A stretch of DNA of 64,000 bases, from the NCBI GenBank assembly GCA_963785725.1, contig CAWAWS010000014.1:192001-256000 (forward strand), written 5' to 3'. Below are positions 55,077 to 64,000 of this stretch, piece by piece (position 1 is the first letter of the stretch; the number at the start of each line of letters is the position of its first letter). This DNA comes from an uncultured delta proteobacterium (GTDB lineage: Bacteria > Myxococcota_A > Polyangia > Palsa-1104). The position numbers were made by a program, and so were the translations under genes. Below the pieces are notes generated by a model. The model saw only the letters and a program-made list of their open reading frames with translations. It ran no database searches and was not told the origin of the DNA.

Positions 55077-55826
55077 CTAAATGACCAGCTCGTCGACGAC
55101 GAAGGCGAACGGCTGCGGCTTCGGACGCTTCTCGAAGATGAAGAAGCCTTTCCAGTCGTCGACCGGCTCTTTGACGACGACGCGCACGATGACGGTGGCC
55201 CGCGCCTTGGCCTCGCCGGCGGCGATGAGCGCGCGCGAATGGACGAGCGCGCGCGAAAACGCCGTCGCGTAGAAGGGCACACCGCGCGCGATGTTGCGCG
55301 CGAACAAGAAGCGCGCGCCGTGGCCGACGTCGACGCCGAGCGCCACCGCCGCGCGCGCCGGCAGCGCGCCATAATCCTCGACGACGCCGGCGATGGCGAA
55401 GCGCTGACCGTCGACGGCGGCGCAGGCGGCGTGACAGCGCTTGAGCAGCGTCGGGCCGACCAGCTCGTAGCGGCCGCTCGGCGTCTCGACCATCGCGCCG
55501 TCGCGGCCGAGCTCGCGCTCGCGTTGGGCGCGGCGGGCCAGCGTGCCCGGCTGCGGCAGCGCCAACACCGTCTCAATCGCGTCGTCGTCGTCGTCGCTCT
55601 TGCCGCGCGGACGCTGCACCCACGTCGCCAGCTCCTCGGGCGCGCACTGCAGGACGACGGCGAGCGCCTTCAAGCTGCTCGCGTACATCGTCCGCGGCGC
55701 GCGCTTCGACTCGAGCAGCCGCACCGTTCGCTCGGTCAGACCCGAGCGTTTGGCGAGCTCGCGCTGCTCCAATTTCGCCGCCTCGCGATGCTGTCGAACG
55801 GCGCCGCGAATGGGTACCCAAGTCAT
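55077..55826 (-). CDS. XRE-family HTH protein with unrecognised C-terminal domain
   Basis: VRQHREAAKLEQRELAKRSGLTERTVRLLES..LA.VL.C.PEEL. Confidence 0.75.
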   Translation of the reverse strand: MTWVPIRGAVRQHREAAKLEQRELAKRSGLTERTVRLLESKRAPRTMYASSLKALAVVLQCAPEELATWVQRPRGKSDDDDDAIETVLALPQPGTLARRAQRERELGRDGAMVETPSGRYELVGPTLLKRCHAACAAVDGQRFAIAGVVEDYGALPARAAVALGVDVGHGARFLFARNIARGVPFYATAFSRALVHSRALIAAGEAKARATVIVRVVVKEPVDDWKGFFIFEKRPKPQPFAFVVDELVI

Positions 55827-55932
55827 GTGAAATCCGTAGGAAAAGATCGCTTATAATGACACTAAAGTCAATGGGTTGGGTTTGCCTGTAGTGATCGGCG
55901 AGGAGGTGCGCGATCGGGCGGAAAATGCAGGC

Positions 55933-56325
55933 ATGACAAAGGACAGAGGCAAGGGTGGCGACGTGCGTTGGCTCGACGAGCGGGCCTTGCACGCGACGGT
56001 GTTGGCGGGCGATTCCGAGGCGTTCGCGGAGCTGATGCGGCGCTACGAATCGGTGGTGCGGCAGCAGCTCGGACGCGCGTTGGCCGGCGGTCAGGCGACG
56101 CCGAGCGACGCGGGCGACGAGCTCGTCGCCGAGTTCTGGTGCGCGCTGTTGCGCGACGATCGGCGGGCGCTGCGAGCGTGGGACGGCGAGCGTTACGGGC
56201 TGCTGGCGCCGTGGTTGGGCGCGCTGGCGATGCGCGCCGGTGCCGACGAGCTGCGGCGGCGCGTGCATGCGCGCGCCGTGCAGGCCGCGCGTCGCGATCG
56301 CGCGCCGCGCTCGACGACGGCGTGA
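55933..56325 (+). CDS. Sigma70 region-2-like protein lacking region 4
   Basis: DERAL..VLAGDSEAFAELMRRY, DELVAEFW..L, LRAWD, PWL..A..DELRR then stop. Confidence 0.55.
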   Translation: MTKDRGKGGDVRWLDERALHATVLAGDSEAFAELMRRYESVVRQQLGRALAGGQATPSDAGDELVAEFWCALLRDDRRALRAWDGERYGLLAPWLGALAMRAGADELRRRVHARAVQAARRDRAPRSTTA

Positions 56326-56473
56326 CGCGCGCGCGAAACGCCGGCACGGCCGCGTGAAACGGCCGCGCCGCGCGTGTTGAACAGTGTCGCCTAGCTCGTG
56401 AATCCATCGCGTCATCCAGCGTCAGCCGCTGCGGTGCCTGCTCACCTACCAAGACGAGCGCCGCGCGTTTCCC

Positions 56474-56700
56474 GTGCTGCTCGTCGCGGCCGCGCACGGC
56501 CATCGCTGCGTCATCCTCGGCGCGTGGGGCTGCGGCGTCTCCCGCAACGACGCCGTCGCGGTCGCCGCCGCCTTCGCGCGGGCGCTGGCCGACTCGCGGC
56601 TGCGCGGCGCCTTCGATCGCGTCGTGTTCGCCGTTTCGACCCCAGCGGCCGCAACGTGCGCGCGTTCGAGCGGCAATTCGGCGCCGTCCCCGATTCTGAG
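56474..56700 (+). pseudogene. C-terminal fragment of a TIGR02452/DUF2263 PARG-like macrodomain gene
   Basis: VILGAWGCGV.RND..VA..F..L..F.RVVFAV without the N-terminal part of the protein. Confidence 0.6.
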
Positions 56701-56729
56701 CGCGCGCCGTCGACGTCTGCCGATGAAGC

Positions 56730-56757
56730 TTGACAACCCGAGGCCGTTGGCTAGAGT
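56730..56757 (+). promoter_or_regulatory. Sigma70-like promoter of tRNA-Gly
   Basis: TTGACA-N16-TAGAGT, 12 nt before the tRNA. Confidence 0.7.
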
Positions 56758-56769
56758 TTTCACGAATTT

Positions 56770-56842
56770 GCGGGCGTAACTCAGTTGGTAGAGTACCTGC
56801 TTCCCAAGCAGGTTGTCGCCGGTTCGAGCCCGGTCGCCCGCT
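56770..56842 (+). tRNA. tRNA-Gly(CCC), CCA not encoded
   Basis: Acceptor GCGGGCG/CGCCCGC, D-arm ACTC/GAGT, anticodon arm CCTGC-TTCCCAA-GCAGG, T-loop TTCGAGC, discriminator T. Confidence 0.97.
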
Positions 56843-57180
56843 CTCCCTATCGCGCTTGTCCGTCCGACCGCGCCGCTCCTCGGCCAGCCGTTCGCTGGCG
56901 TCGCGCGCTTCTCGCTGCGCCCTCCTTCGCTAATCGTGTCGAATAGCGCCCGCAATCTGGTCGCGAACGGAAACGATCAACTCCTAGCGCGACCCATGAT
57001 TCATGGACGAGTCCAGTGCGGATCTTAGTGATCGTGAATATTGAGGATTCGCATTCGATTTACGTCCGTTGGTAATTGGTTTTCGCATTCTCGCCGCGTA
57101 CGAATCGGGCGCGGTCGGAGCCGCCGCGGAAGGTGAGCGCGAGCACGCGTTGGGGCCGCCGCCGATCGCTTGCGTCGGCT

Positions 57181-57259
57181 TCCGCGATCGAAAAACGATC
57201 GCCGAGCGATCGAAAACGATCGCCGAGCGATCGAAAAACGATCGCCGAGCGATCGCGGA
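57181..57259. repeat. Tandem palindromic repeat GCGATCG-A4/5-CGATCGC-CGA x3
   Basis: Units at 57184, 57206, 57227, enclosed by TCCGCGATCG/CGATCGCGGA. Confidence 0.9.
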
Positions 57260-57775
57260 CGGCGGTTCGTCACCCGCGGAGCGCATTTTGTGATCGCGTT
57301 GTGCACCGGCCGCTCCAGCGATCGAAAATGGCGTTTCTCGACGGTAAATCGGGCTACGAAGCGTGCACGGCCGGCGGCGAGACGGTAAATCTCGGGCAAA
57401 AATCGATCACGTCGCGCGAAAAGTGCGTTTTCTAGGCTTTTCGCGCCGATCTCGAGGTGCTAGGCTGACTGCGTCGGGTTGGTCGAGCGGAGGGGACATG
57501 TCGGATCGGATCGTGTTCCAGTCTTCGGCGCTCGGGCTTTCGCTCTGTGGAAAACCAAATCAGTCCTTAATGAGAACCGGGTACGGGAATGGATTTTCCC
57601 GCCGGTGAATGATCCGCGAACGGATCTGTTTTGCAGCTCGTACGCGTCCCGAGCAGTTGTCGGATGTTGGCGATCGGACGCATTGAATGATGGGTTTTTT
57701 GCTCACTCGGCGGCGCTTTTGGCGCAATCAGTGAAGCTTCGTAAGCCAACAACAACAGACAAGAGAGAACATCAA

Positions 57776-58117
57776 ATGGCGAAGGCAGGCAAAGCAGCAG
57801 CGGCTTCGGGCAAGGCGCCCACCAAGACGGAGATCTTCACGGCGATCGCGGAGCAGACCGAGCTCTCGCGCAAGCAGGTCGGCCTGGTTTTCGAGGCCCT
57901 CGGCGCGCAGATCGGCAAGAGCCTCGGCAACCGCGGCCCCGGCGTCATCGCGATCCCGGGCCTGGTGAAGATCGAGAAGAAGAGCGTCCCGGCCAAGCCG
58001 GCGCGCAAGAACGTTCCGAACCCGTTCAAGCCGGGCGAGTTCATGAACGTCGCCGCCAAGAAGGCGAGCACGAAGATCAAGGTCCGCGCGCTCAAGGGTC
58101 TCAAGGACCTCATCTGA
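57776..58117 (+). CDS. HU/IHF family DNA-binding protein
   Basis: TKTEI..IAEQTELSRKQV, IPGLVKI, PAR..PNPFKPGE, K.KVRALKGLKD. Confidence 0.92.
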   Translation: MAKAGKAAAASGKAPTKTEIFTAIAEQTELSRKQVGLVFEALGAQIGKSLGNRGPGVIAIPGLVKIEKKSVPAKPARKNVPNPFKPGEFMNVAAKKASTKIKVRALKGLKDLI

Positions 58118-58137
58118 TCTAGCAGTCGCTGTACAAG

Positions 58138-58184
58138 ATCGCCGCGCAGTCAGCCGTCCAGCGCTGACTGCGCGGCGATTTTTT
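58138..58184 (+). terminator. Intrinsic terminator after the HU gene
   Basis: 17-bp stem ATCGCCGCGCAGTCAGC/GCTGACTGCGCGGCGAT followed by a T tract. Confidence 0.92.
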
Positions 58185-58266
58185 ATTTCGTAATCACTTT
58201 AGTTTTTCGCGCTTCGATATCGTAAGCAATCGCGACAATTCCAACGCCGATGATAGATTCACGCCC

Positions 58267-59064
58267 ATGAAACGCGCGTGGCTCTTGGCGTTGGCGCTGC
58301 TCGGCGGCTGCGCGTCGGCGCGGGCGACACCCTCGCGACTGACGCTGACGTATCTCGGCGTCGCCGGCTGGTCCATCTCCGACGGTCGCCACACCGTCCT
58401 CGTCGATCCCTATTTTTCGCGGCCGGCCGACCTCGAGCACGCCGTCCCCGACGAAGCCGCCATCGCCGCGCATTCGCCGGCGCGCGCCGACGTCATCCTC
58501 GTCGGCCACGGCCACGTCGATCACGCGCTCGATGCGCCGGCGGTCGCGCTGCGCACCGGCGCCACCCTCATCGCGGGCGCCGCCGTCGCCGCCAAAGCCC
58601 ACGCCGCCGGCCTCGCCAATTCCCGTATCCGCACCGCCAAAGCCGGCGACACCCACACCTTCGACGGGCTCTCCATCCGCGTCATCGCCAGCCTGCATTC
58701 CCTCATCGGCGCCGGCCAAGACGTCGAGACGTTCGCCTACCTCCTGCGCATCGCCGACCGCCAAATCCTCATCTTCGACACCGCCAACTTCGTCGAGACC
58801 GCGCTCACCAACGTCCACCCCGACATCGCCATCCTCGCCACCGGCCTGCGCGAGCAGATCCCCGACTACGCCTGCCGCCTGATGCGCATCCTCCACCGCC
58901 CACCGCGCGTATTCCCCACCCACTTCGACGCCTGGCGCCAACCACCCGAAACGCCGCTCACCCCCGCCGACCGCGCCGACCTCGCCACTTTCACCGCCGA
59001 AATCCACCACTGCGCGCCCAACACCACCGTCACGATCCCCATCCCTTTCACGCCGATTCCCTAA
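58267..59064 (+). CDS. Metallo-beta-lactamase-fold lipoprotein (UlaG-like)
   Basis: LLGGC lipobox, YLGVAG, VLVDPYFS, GHGHVDH, SLHS, FDT, PTHFD. Confidence 0.88.
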   Translation: MKRAWLLALALLGGCASARATPSRLTLTYLGVAGWSISDGRHTVLVDPYFSRPADLEHAVPDEAAIAAHSPARADVILVGHGHVDHALDAPAVALRTGATLIAGAAVAAKAHAAGLANSRIRTAKAGDTHTFDGLSIRVIASLHSLIGAGQDVETFAYLLRIADRQILIFDTANFVETALTNVHPDIAILATGLREQIPDYACRLMRILHRPPRVFPTHFDAWRQPPETPLTPADRADLATFTAEIHHCAPNTTVTIPIPFTPIP

Positions 59065-59151
59065 AATCCAGGGGCGTGCCGCCCGCTCGCCGTCTGCCAC
59101 CCAAGACCCCCGCCAAGCCACGAGGGAATCGGACCCACCGCCGGGGTGGCG

Positions 59152-59287
59152 TCGCGACCTTCTTGTCCGCGCGCAGGCGGAGCGCGGCCCGCCTCAGCAT
59201 TCACCTACTCAATCCAATACCTTAGAAGCGACAGCGCCGACGTTCGCGCACTGGGCGCGCAGACGAGCACGGACAAGAAGGTCGCGA
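59152..59287. repeat. 136-bp element bounded by perfect 18-bp inverted repeats (MITE-like or structured RNA)
   Basis: TCGCGACCTTCTTGTCCG (59152-59169) and CGGACAAGAAGGTCGCGA (59270-59287). Confidence 0.75.
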
Positions 59288-59383
59288 TGACAGGACCCCG
59301 ACGCCGCGCCAGGGCCCCACGTGACTTGGCCTCCCAGCGAGCAGCGCCCTCGCGAAGCGCCCACCATGCGGTAACCTGAATGC

Positions 59384-60028
59384 GTGCCCTCGGGAACTTC
59401 CGGCGCGCGCGTCCGTTTACCGATCGTGTCTCGAGCCTCGTCAACCGCGCGCACCCCCGACGCGTCCAGCGATCTCGACGAAGTCACGCTCGCCCGCGCC
59501 AAAACCGGCGATCGCCGAGCGTTCCGCGCCCTCGTCGAGCGTTATCAGCGCCCGGTGTTCTCGCTCTTGAGCCGCATGTTGCTCCCCGCCGGCCGTGAAT
59601 CCCTGGTCGAAGATTTGGCCCAAGAGGCCTTCGTGCGCGTCTTTCGCGGGCTGCCAACCTTCGGCAGCGACGGGCGCACCAACCTGGCGGCGTGGATCCT
59701 GACGATCGCGGCGCGCCTCGCCATCGACGAGCTGCGCCGGCAACCGCAGCGTCACGAGTCGCTCGATCGGCAGGCGCTCGGCGTCGCCGGCGGCGCGTCG
59801 GCCGATCACGAGAGCGAGCGGCGCGGCGTCGCCAGCGCCATCGAGCGCGCCGTCGCCGAGTTGACGCCGGAGCAGCGCGCGGCGTTCCTGCTGCGCGAGG
59901 TGCACGAGATGGATTACGAGTCGATCGCCGACGCGCTGGCCGTCGACGTGGGCACGGTGAAATCGCGGCTTTCGCGCGCCCGAGCGGCGCTGCGACGGGC
60001 GCTGCAAGGAACCTACGATGAGCGATGA
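59384..60028 (+). CDS. ECF RNA polymerase sigma factor
   Basis: GDRRAFRALVERYQ, EDLAQEAFVRV, WILTIA..AIDELRR, YESIADAL..GTVKSRLSRAR. Confidence 0.93.
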   Translation: MPSGTSGARVRLPIVSRASSTARTPDASSDLDEVTLARAKTGDRRAFRALVERYQRPVFSLLSRMLLPAGRESLVEDLAQEAFVRVFRGLPTFGSDGRTNLAAWILTIAARLAIDELRRQPQRHESLDRQALGVAGGASADHESERRGVASAIERAVAELTPEQRAAFLLREVHEMDYESIADALAVDVGTVKSRLSRARAALRRALQGTYDER

Positions 60029-60440
60029 CCGCCGGTCGGCGAAGCGCCGACACAGAAACAAAGGGTCCGACGATTGGGGCGCGCTGTTCGAGCAGTGGGG
60101 CGACGCGCCACCGAGCGACGGCTTCGCCGAGCGCGTGCTCGCCGCGTGCGACGCCACGGCCGACGCCGGTGATTCGGTGCACGAGGCGCCGCGCGTCGTC
60201 GCCGCGCGCGCATCGTTGCCGCGCGACCTGCCGCGGATTCGCGAGCTGGCCTCGGCGCGGCTCGTGCGCGAAGCGGCGCCGCCACGTTCGCTGCGCGGCG
60301 GCGTGCTGCTCGTCGCTGCCGTGGCGGCGGCGCTGCTGCTCATTCCGCTCGCGCTCCGTCGCCAAGACCGTTCGCCGCCGCCGCAAATGACCGTCGCCGC
60401 CGGCCCGCCTTCGTACGACCTCGGCCCCACGCGGGATTAA
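60018..60440 (+). CDS. Putative membrane anti-sigma factor
   Basis: PPSDGFAERVL motif, single TM, overlaps sigma stop. Confidence 0.62.
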   Translation: MSDDRRSAKRRHRNKGSDDWGALFEQWGDAPPSDGFAERVLAACDATADAGDSVHEAPRVVAARASLPRDLPRIRELASARLVREAAPPRSLRGGVLLVAAVAAALLLIPLALRRQDRSPPPQMTVAAGPPSYDLGPTRD

Positions 60441-60446
60441 CCGAAC

Positions 60447-62429
60447 ATGCATACGCTTTTGAAGCGCCGCGCGCTGCCGGCGCTGCTGGTGGCGTGCGCG
60501 CTTTTGTACGGAATTCGCGCCGGCAGCTACGGCTTGTGGGATCCGTGGGAGACGCATTACGGCGAGATCGCGCGGCAGATGGCGATGACGGGCGACGTCG
60601 TGACGCCGCGCTGGCCGGGCTCGCCCATCGATCGCGTCGAGGTCTTCCACAAGCCGGTGCTGCATTTCTGGCTCCTGGCGGCGTCGCTGCGCAGCTTCGG
60701 CCTCGAGTCGGCGGGCGCGACACCGTCGCAGATGGTCGACGATTGGCGTCCCGAGTGGGCGCTCCGGCTGCCCAATATTCTGCTCTCGCTGCTGACGCTG
60801 GCCGTGCTCGCGTGGGCGGTCTCGCGGCTGGCCGGACGGCGCGCGGCGTGGCTGACGACGCTCGTGTTGGCGACGTCGTCGCAGTGGCTGCTGGTGACGC
60901 GACAGGCGATGACCGACATTCCCTTCGTCGCGCCGATGACCATCGCGCTCGCCTGCGCCGCCGTCGCGCTCCACGCCGCGGACGAAGCGGCCGCGCCGTC
61001 GCCGAAGGCCCGCCGCGCGGCGCTCTTCGGGCTCTTGATTTTGACGCTGCCGCAGCTCGTCGCCTTCTCGTTGCAGCTGCAAACGACGCTGCGAATCGGC
61101 GGTCACAGCTGGCGAATCTCGGGTTTCCTCGCGCTGCTGCCCTATTTCGCGCTGCTGGCGATTGCGATCATCTGGTGTCGAAGAGCGCGCACGCGACGCG
61201 AGCTGCACCTGCAGATCGCCTGGGTCGGCTGCGCGCTGGCGACGCTTGCCAAAGGCCCGGCCGGGATCGCGTTCCCGGCGATCATCATTGCGCTCTATCT
61301 TCTATTGTCCGGTCGCGCGCGCGAAATCCTAGTGGGACTGGACATTCCGCGCGGCCTGCTCTTATTCGTGCTGATCGCGTTCCCTTGGTATCACTGCATG
61401 CATATTCGCCACGGAATGGCCTTTTGGCGCGAGCTCATCGGCGACAATTACATCAATCGCGCCACCGGCCGCAGCGGCGATCGCGGCACTTTCGAATATT
61501 ACGTGCCGTGGATCGGCTATGGCACTTTCCCGTGGTGCGGCTTCGTCGTGCTCGGCCTCTTCCGCGGTCTCGGCGATTCCCGGCGCGCATTGGCCGCCTT
61601 CGCGCTCGTCTGGGCCAGCGTCGATATCGTCACCGTCACGTTGGTGACCACGAAGTTCCATCATTACATTCTGCCGGCGTTGCCGGCGCTGGCGATCTTG
61701 GCCGCGTTCACGATCGAAGATTGGCTCGACGGCAAGCTCCACGCGGCCGAGCTCGGCTTGGTGGCATTTCCCGTCATTGTCTTCTGTGGTCGCGATTTGC
61801 TGCTGCAGCCGGCCCGCTTGGTCTGGCTCTTCTGTTACGACTACGTCATTTCGCCGACGCTCGGTCGTCCTTGGCCGTCACCGACGCTCTATGGCACACG
61901 CTTCGAATACGCCACTACGATCACGATATTCGTGACACTCGCCGCGCTCATGGCGCTGCTCATGGCGCTCTTGTCGCAGCGCTGGCCGCGCGCGCGTTCT
62001 TACGTCTTCGCCGCATTCACGGCGCTGGCTCTTTCGTGGTCGATTTGGCTCGTCGACGACTTCTTGATCGCGCTGTCGCCGCATTGGAGTCAAAAGGCCG
62101 TCATCGCCGCTTATTATCGACAACGACACGATGCCAATGAGCCTTTGATCGCGTGGAATCTTTATTGGCGCGGCGAAAACTTCTATTCGCGCAACCAGAT
62201 CTCGAGCGCGAGCGACCCGCAAGAGCGGACTGCTTGGTGTTATATCGACGTGCCCAAGCGCTTACGCGAATATCTGCCGAAACATCGCGGTCACCGTCTC
62301 TTCTTTCTCGTCGATCGCACGCAATTGAACCAGCTGAAGTCTGCTTTGGGGACGCCGCTGGCCAATACCTTGCGAATCGTCGACGAGAGTAACTGCAAGC
62401 TCTATTTGACGGTCGTCGATAACCGTTAG
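60447..62429 (+). CDS. ArnT/PMT-like GT-C glycosyltransferase
   Basis: LWDPWETHYGEIARQM, HKPVLHFW, LRLP, RQAMTD, LAKGP, PWY, TKFHHYILP; many TM segments. Confidence 0.88.
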   Translation: MHTLLKRRALPALLVACALLYGIRAGSYGLWDPWETHYGEIARQMAMTGDVVTPRWPGSPIDRVEVFHKPVLHFWLLAASLRSFGLESAGATPSQMVDDWRPEWALRLPNILLSLLTLAVLAWAVSRLAGRRAAWLTTLVLATSSQWLLVTRQAMTDIPFVAPMTIALACAAVALHAADEAAAPSPKARRAALFGLLILTLPQLVAFSLQLQTTLRIGGHSWRISGFLALLPYFALLAIAIIWCRRARTRRELHLQIAWVGCALATLAKGPAGIAFPAIIIALYLLLSGRAREILVGLDIPRGLLLFVLIAFPWYHCMHIRHGMAFWRELIGDNYINRATGRSGDRGTFEYYVPWIGYGTFPWCGFVVLGLFRGLGDSRRALAAFALVWASVDIVTVTLVTTKFHHYILPALPALAILAAFTIEDWLDGKLHAAELGLVAFPVIVFCGRDLLLQPARLVWLFCYDYVISPTLGRPWPSPTLYGTRFEYATTITIFVTLAALMALLMALLSQRWPRARSYVFAAFTALALSWSIWLVDDFLIALSPHWSQKAVIAAYYRQRHDANEPLIAWNLYWRGENFYSRNQISSASDPQERTAWCYIDVPKRLREYLPKHRGHRLFFLVDRTQLNQLKSALGTPLANTLRIVDESNCKLYLTVVDNR

Positions 62430-62469
62430 ACGTGTCGATTAGGCGGGGCGATGCGAAGGCGAGCGATCG

Positions 62470-64000
62470 TTAGCCGTTGCGGCGACGACGGCGCCACGTG
62501 GCGAGCATCGCGAAGCCGACCGTCACGAGCCAGCCGCCGCCGGCCGTCTCGGCGCCGCCGAACGAGCAGCCGATGCCGCCGACGCCGCTCGACGACGTCG
62601 AGCCGCTGCCGCTGGTCGTGCCGCCGGTGTCGCCGTTGGTGCCGCCGGTCGATGTGCCGCTGCCGCCGCCCGTCGTGGCGCCGCCGCTGCCGCCGCTCGA
62701 CGACGCCGGCTCCATGTCGGGACCCGGCGTCATGTCGGGACCCATCGCCATGTCGGGCGTCGGCGTCGCCGTGCTCGACGCGAACATGGCGCCGTTGGGC
62801 GTGCCGACGCCGGTCGGGCCGTCCCACGCTTTGCCGGCGTTGCACAAGATGTTGCCGCAGGTGCCGTTGGTGCCGGACACGACATCGAAGAACGCGCCCG
62901 TGTTCGAGTACGGGAACGACGGCGCAGACGTGCCTTTGCCGTAGAGCGCGAACACGCCGGCGACGAACGGCGACGCCGCGCTGGTGCCGCCGACGACGAG
63001 GAAGCCGCCCGAGCCGGCGTTGTAGACGGCGACGCCGGTGGCCGGATCGCCGACCGCGGCGACGTCGGCCGACGCGCGGAAGGTGCAGGTGGTGTTGAGC
63101 GCGTTCTGGTACGCCGGCTTCGGGATCGAGATGCTGCACGAGCTGCCGCCGGCGCCTTTGGCCTTCGTGCTCGTCGACCACGCGGTCTCGCTCCAGCCGC
63201 GCGTCGTGCCCGCGGTCTTGGTGAGCGACGTGCCGCCGACGGCGATGACGAACGCCGAGACGCTCGGATAGTCGGGGCCGCTGCCGCCGTCGTCGAAGCC
63301 GTCGTCACCGGCGGCGACGAAGATGGCCAGCGGCTTGCCGACGTTCATGAAGTGCTCTTGGCTGGCGCCGGTCTGCGCCTTCGACTCGGGACCACCCCAG
63401 CTGTTGCTGATGACGCTGGCGCCGAGGCCGGCCGCGGTCGCCTGCGCGATCATGAGGCCGTCGCTGGTGTCGTCGTCGGCTTGCACGAGCAGCAGCTTGC
63501 AGTTCGGGCACGCGGCCGACGCCATGTCGAGATCGAGCGCGGTCTCGACGGTCCAGTCGTCGTTGGCGGGCGGCGCGGCGGGCAGCGGCGATGTCTTGCC
63601 CTCTTGGTTGACGATCGTGAGACAGCCGCTGGCGACGGTGCAGGCCGACAGCCCGTAGTTGGAGCGATATTTCGCCAAGTCGCTCTCGGCGTTGACGTAG
63701 CCGAACGCGTCGACGATGGCGATGGTGGCGTTGGGCTTGAGCGTGGGGTCGAGCGCGTAGGCCGACGCCAGATCGGCGGGACCGAACGCGGCGCCGGCGG
63801 CATCGGGCGAGAACGACGCGCGAATGTCGCTGCGAACATGTCCTTTGCAATGGAAGCGCTGCCCGTTGGCATTGCACGACATCGGCTCGCTCGGGTGCGC
63901 GACGTACGTGGACGCGGCCAGCGCGACGGCGGGCTCGTCCTCGGTCGCGCCGGTGTTGGCAGGCGGCGCGCCCACGCAAGCAGGCAGCGCCAAAGCCAAG
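62470..64000 (-). CDS. S53 (sedolisin-like) serine peptidase with MYXO-CTERM-like tail; 5' end outside the window
   Basis: ETALDLD, ISNSWG, AAGDDG, VGGTS, ADVAA, GGTSAASP, WDGPTG.GTP; tail GGIGCS-TM-RRRRR. Confidence 0.9.
   Translation of the reverse strand, partial: LALALPACVGAPPANTGATEDEPAVALAASTYVAHPSEPMSCNANGQRFHCKGHVRSDIRASFSPDAAGAAFGPADLASAYALDPTLKPNATIAIVDAFGYVNAESDLAKYRSNYGLSACTVASGCLTIVNQEGKTSPLPAAPPANDDWTVETALDLDMASAACPNCKLLLVQADDDTSDGLMIAQATAAGLGASVISNSWGGPESKAQTGASQEHFMNVGKPLAIFVAAGDDGFDDGGSGPDYPSVSAFVIAVGGTSLTKTAGTTRGWSETAWSTSTKAKGAGGSSCSISIPKPAYQNALNTTCTFRASADVAAVGDPATGVAVYNAGSGGFLVVGGTSAASPFVAGVFALYGKGTSAPSFPYSNTGAFFDVVSGTNGTCGNILCNAGKAWDGPTGVGTPNGAMFASSTATPTPDMAMGPDMTPGPDMEPASSSGGSGGATTGGGSGTSTGGTNGDTGGTTSGSGSTSSSGVGGIGCSFGGAETAGGGWLVTVGFAMLATWRRRRRNG

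Noticed and set aside
57181..57259. Possible CRISPR array
   Set aside because: Units are contiguous with no unique spacers, and there are no cas genes in the window.
56843..57775. Replication origin or tRNA-integrated island
   Set aside because: Only one DnaA-box-like 9-mer (TGTGGAAAA near 57546), no dnaA/dnaN, no integrase, and no duplicated tRNA 3' end seen.

Overview
High-GC (roughly 70% by eye) bacterial chromosomal window, most likely Myxococcota: it has a MYXO-CTERM-like sorting tail, a TIGR02266/PilZ-like domain and a myxobacterial-type TonB. About 60 CDS and one tRNA-Gly(CCC); no CRISPR, rRNA, integrase or transposase. Many genes (tuf, GT2, PP2C, squalene synthase, clpA, FemAB-like, DUF349, fah/maiA/hppD, MATE) are broken by single-base indels, a pattern that fits uncorrected long-read errors better than decay. 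Content: a stand-alone divergent EF-Tu; an exopolysaccharide locus with a partner-switching module; a divergent citrate-synthase pair; FemAB-like-clpS-clpA; two ECF sigma/anti-sigma modules; an M16 peptidase pair; the homogentisate pathway; TlpA-DUF3570-DUF4266; a NarL-type two-component system; MATE and MFS transporters; HU; ArnT-like GT; and an S53 protease. Best candidate for an undescribed system: a methanogen-type SerRS-like amino acid:carrier-protein ligase, an ACP and a left-handed beta-helix acyltransferase inside a polysaccharide operon, suggesting tRNA-independent aminoacylation of a surface glycan. Other highlights: a leader-peptide attenuator upstream of MATE, an EF-Tu paralog with substitutions at elfamycin-resistance and amino-acid-pocket positions, a FemAB-like GNAT coupled to clpS-clpA, pervasive leaderless gene starts, and several palindromic non-coding elements. 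All family assignments come from motif recognition only; no database search was run.
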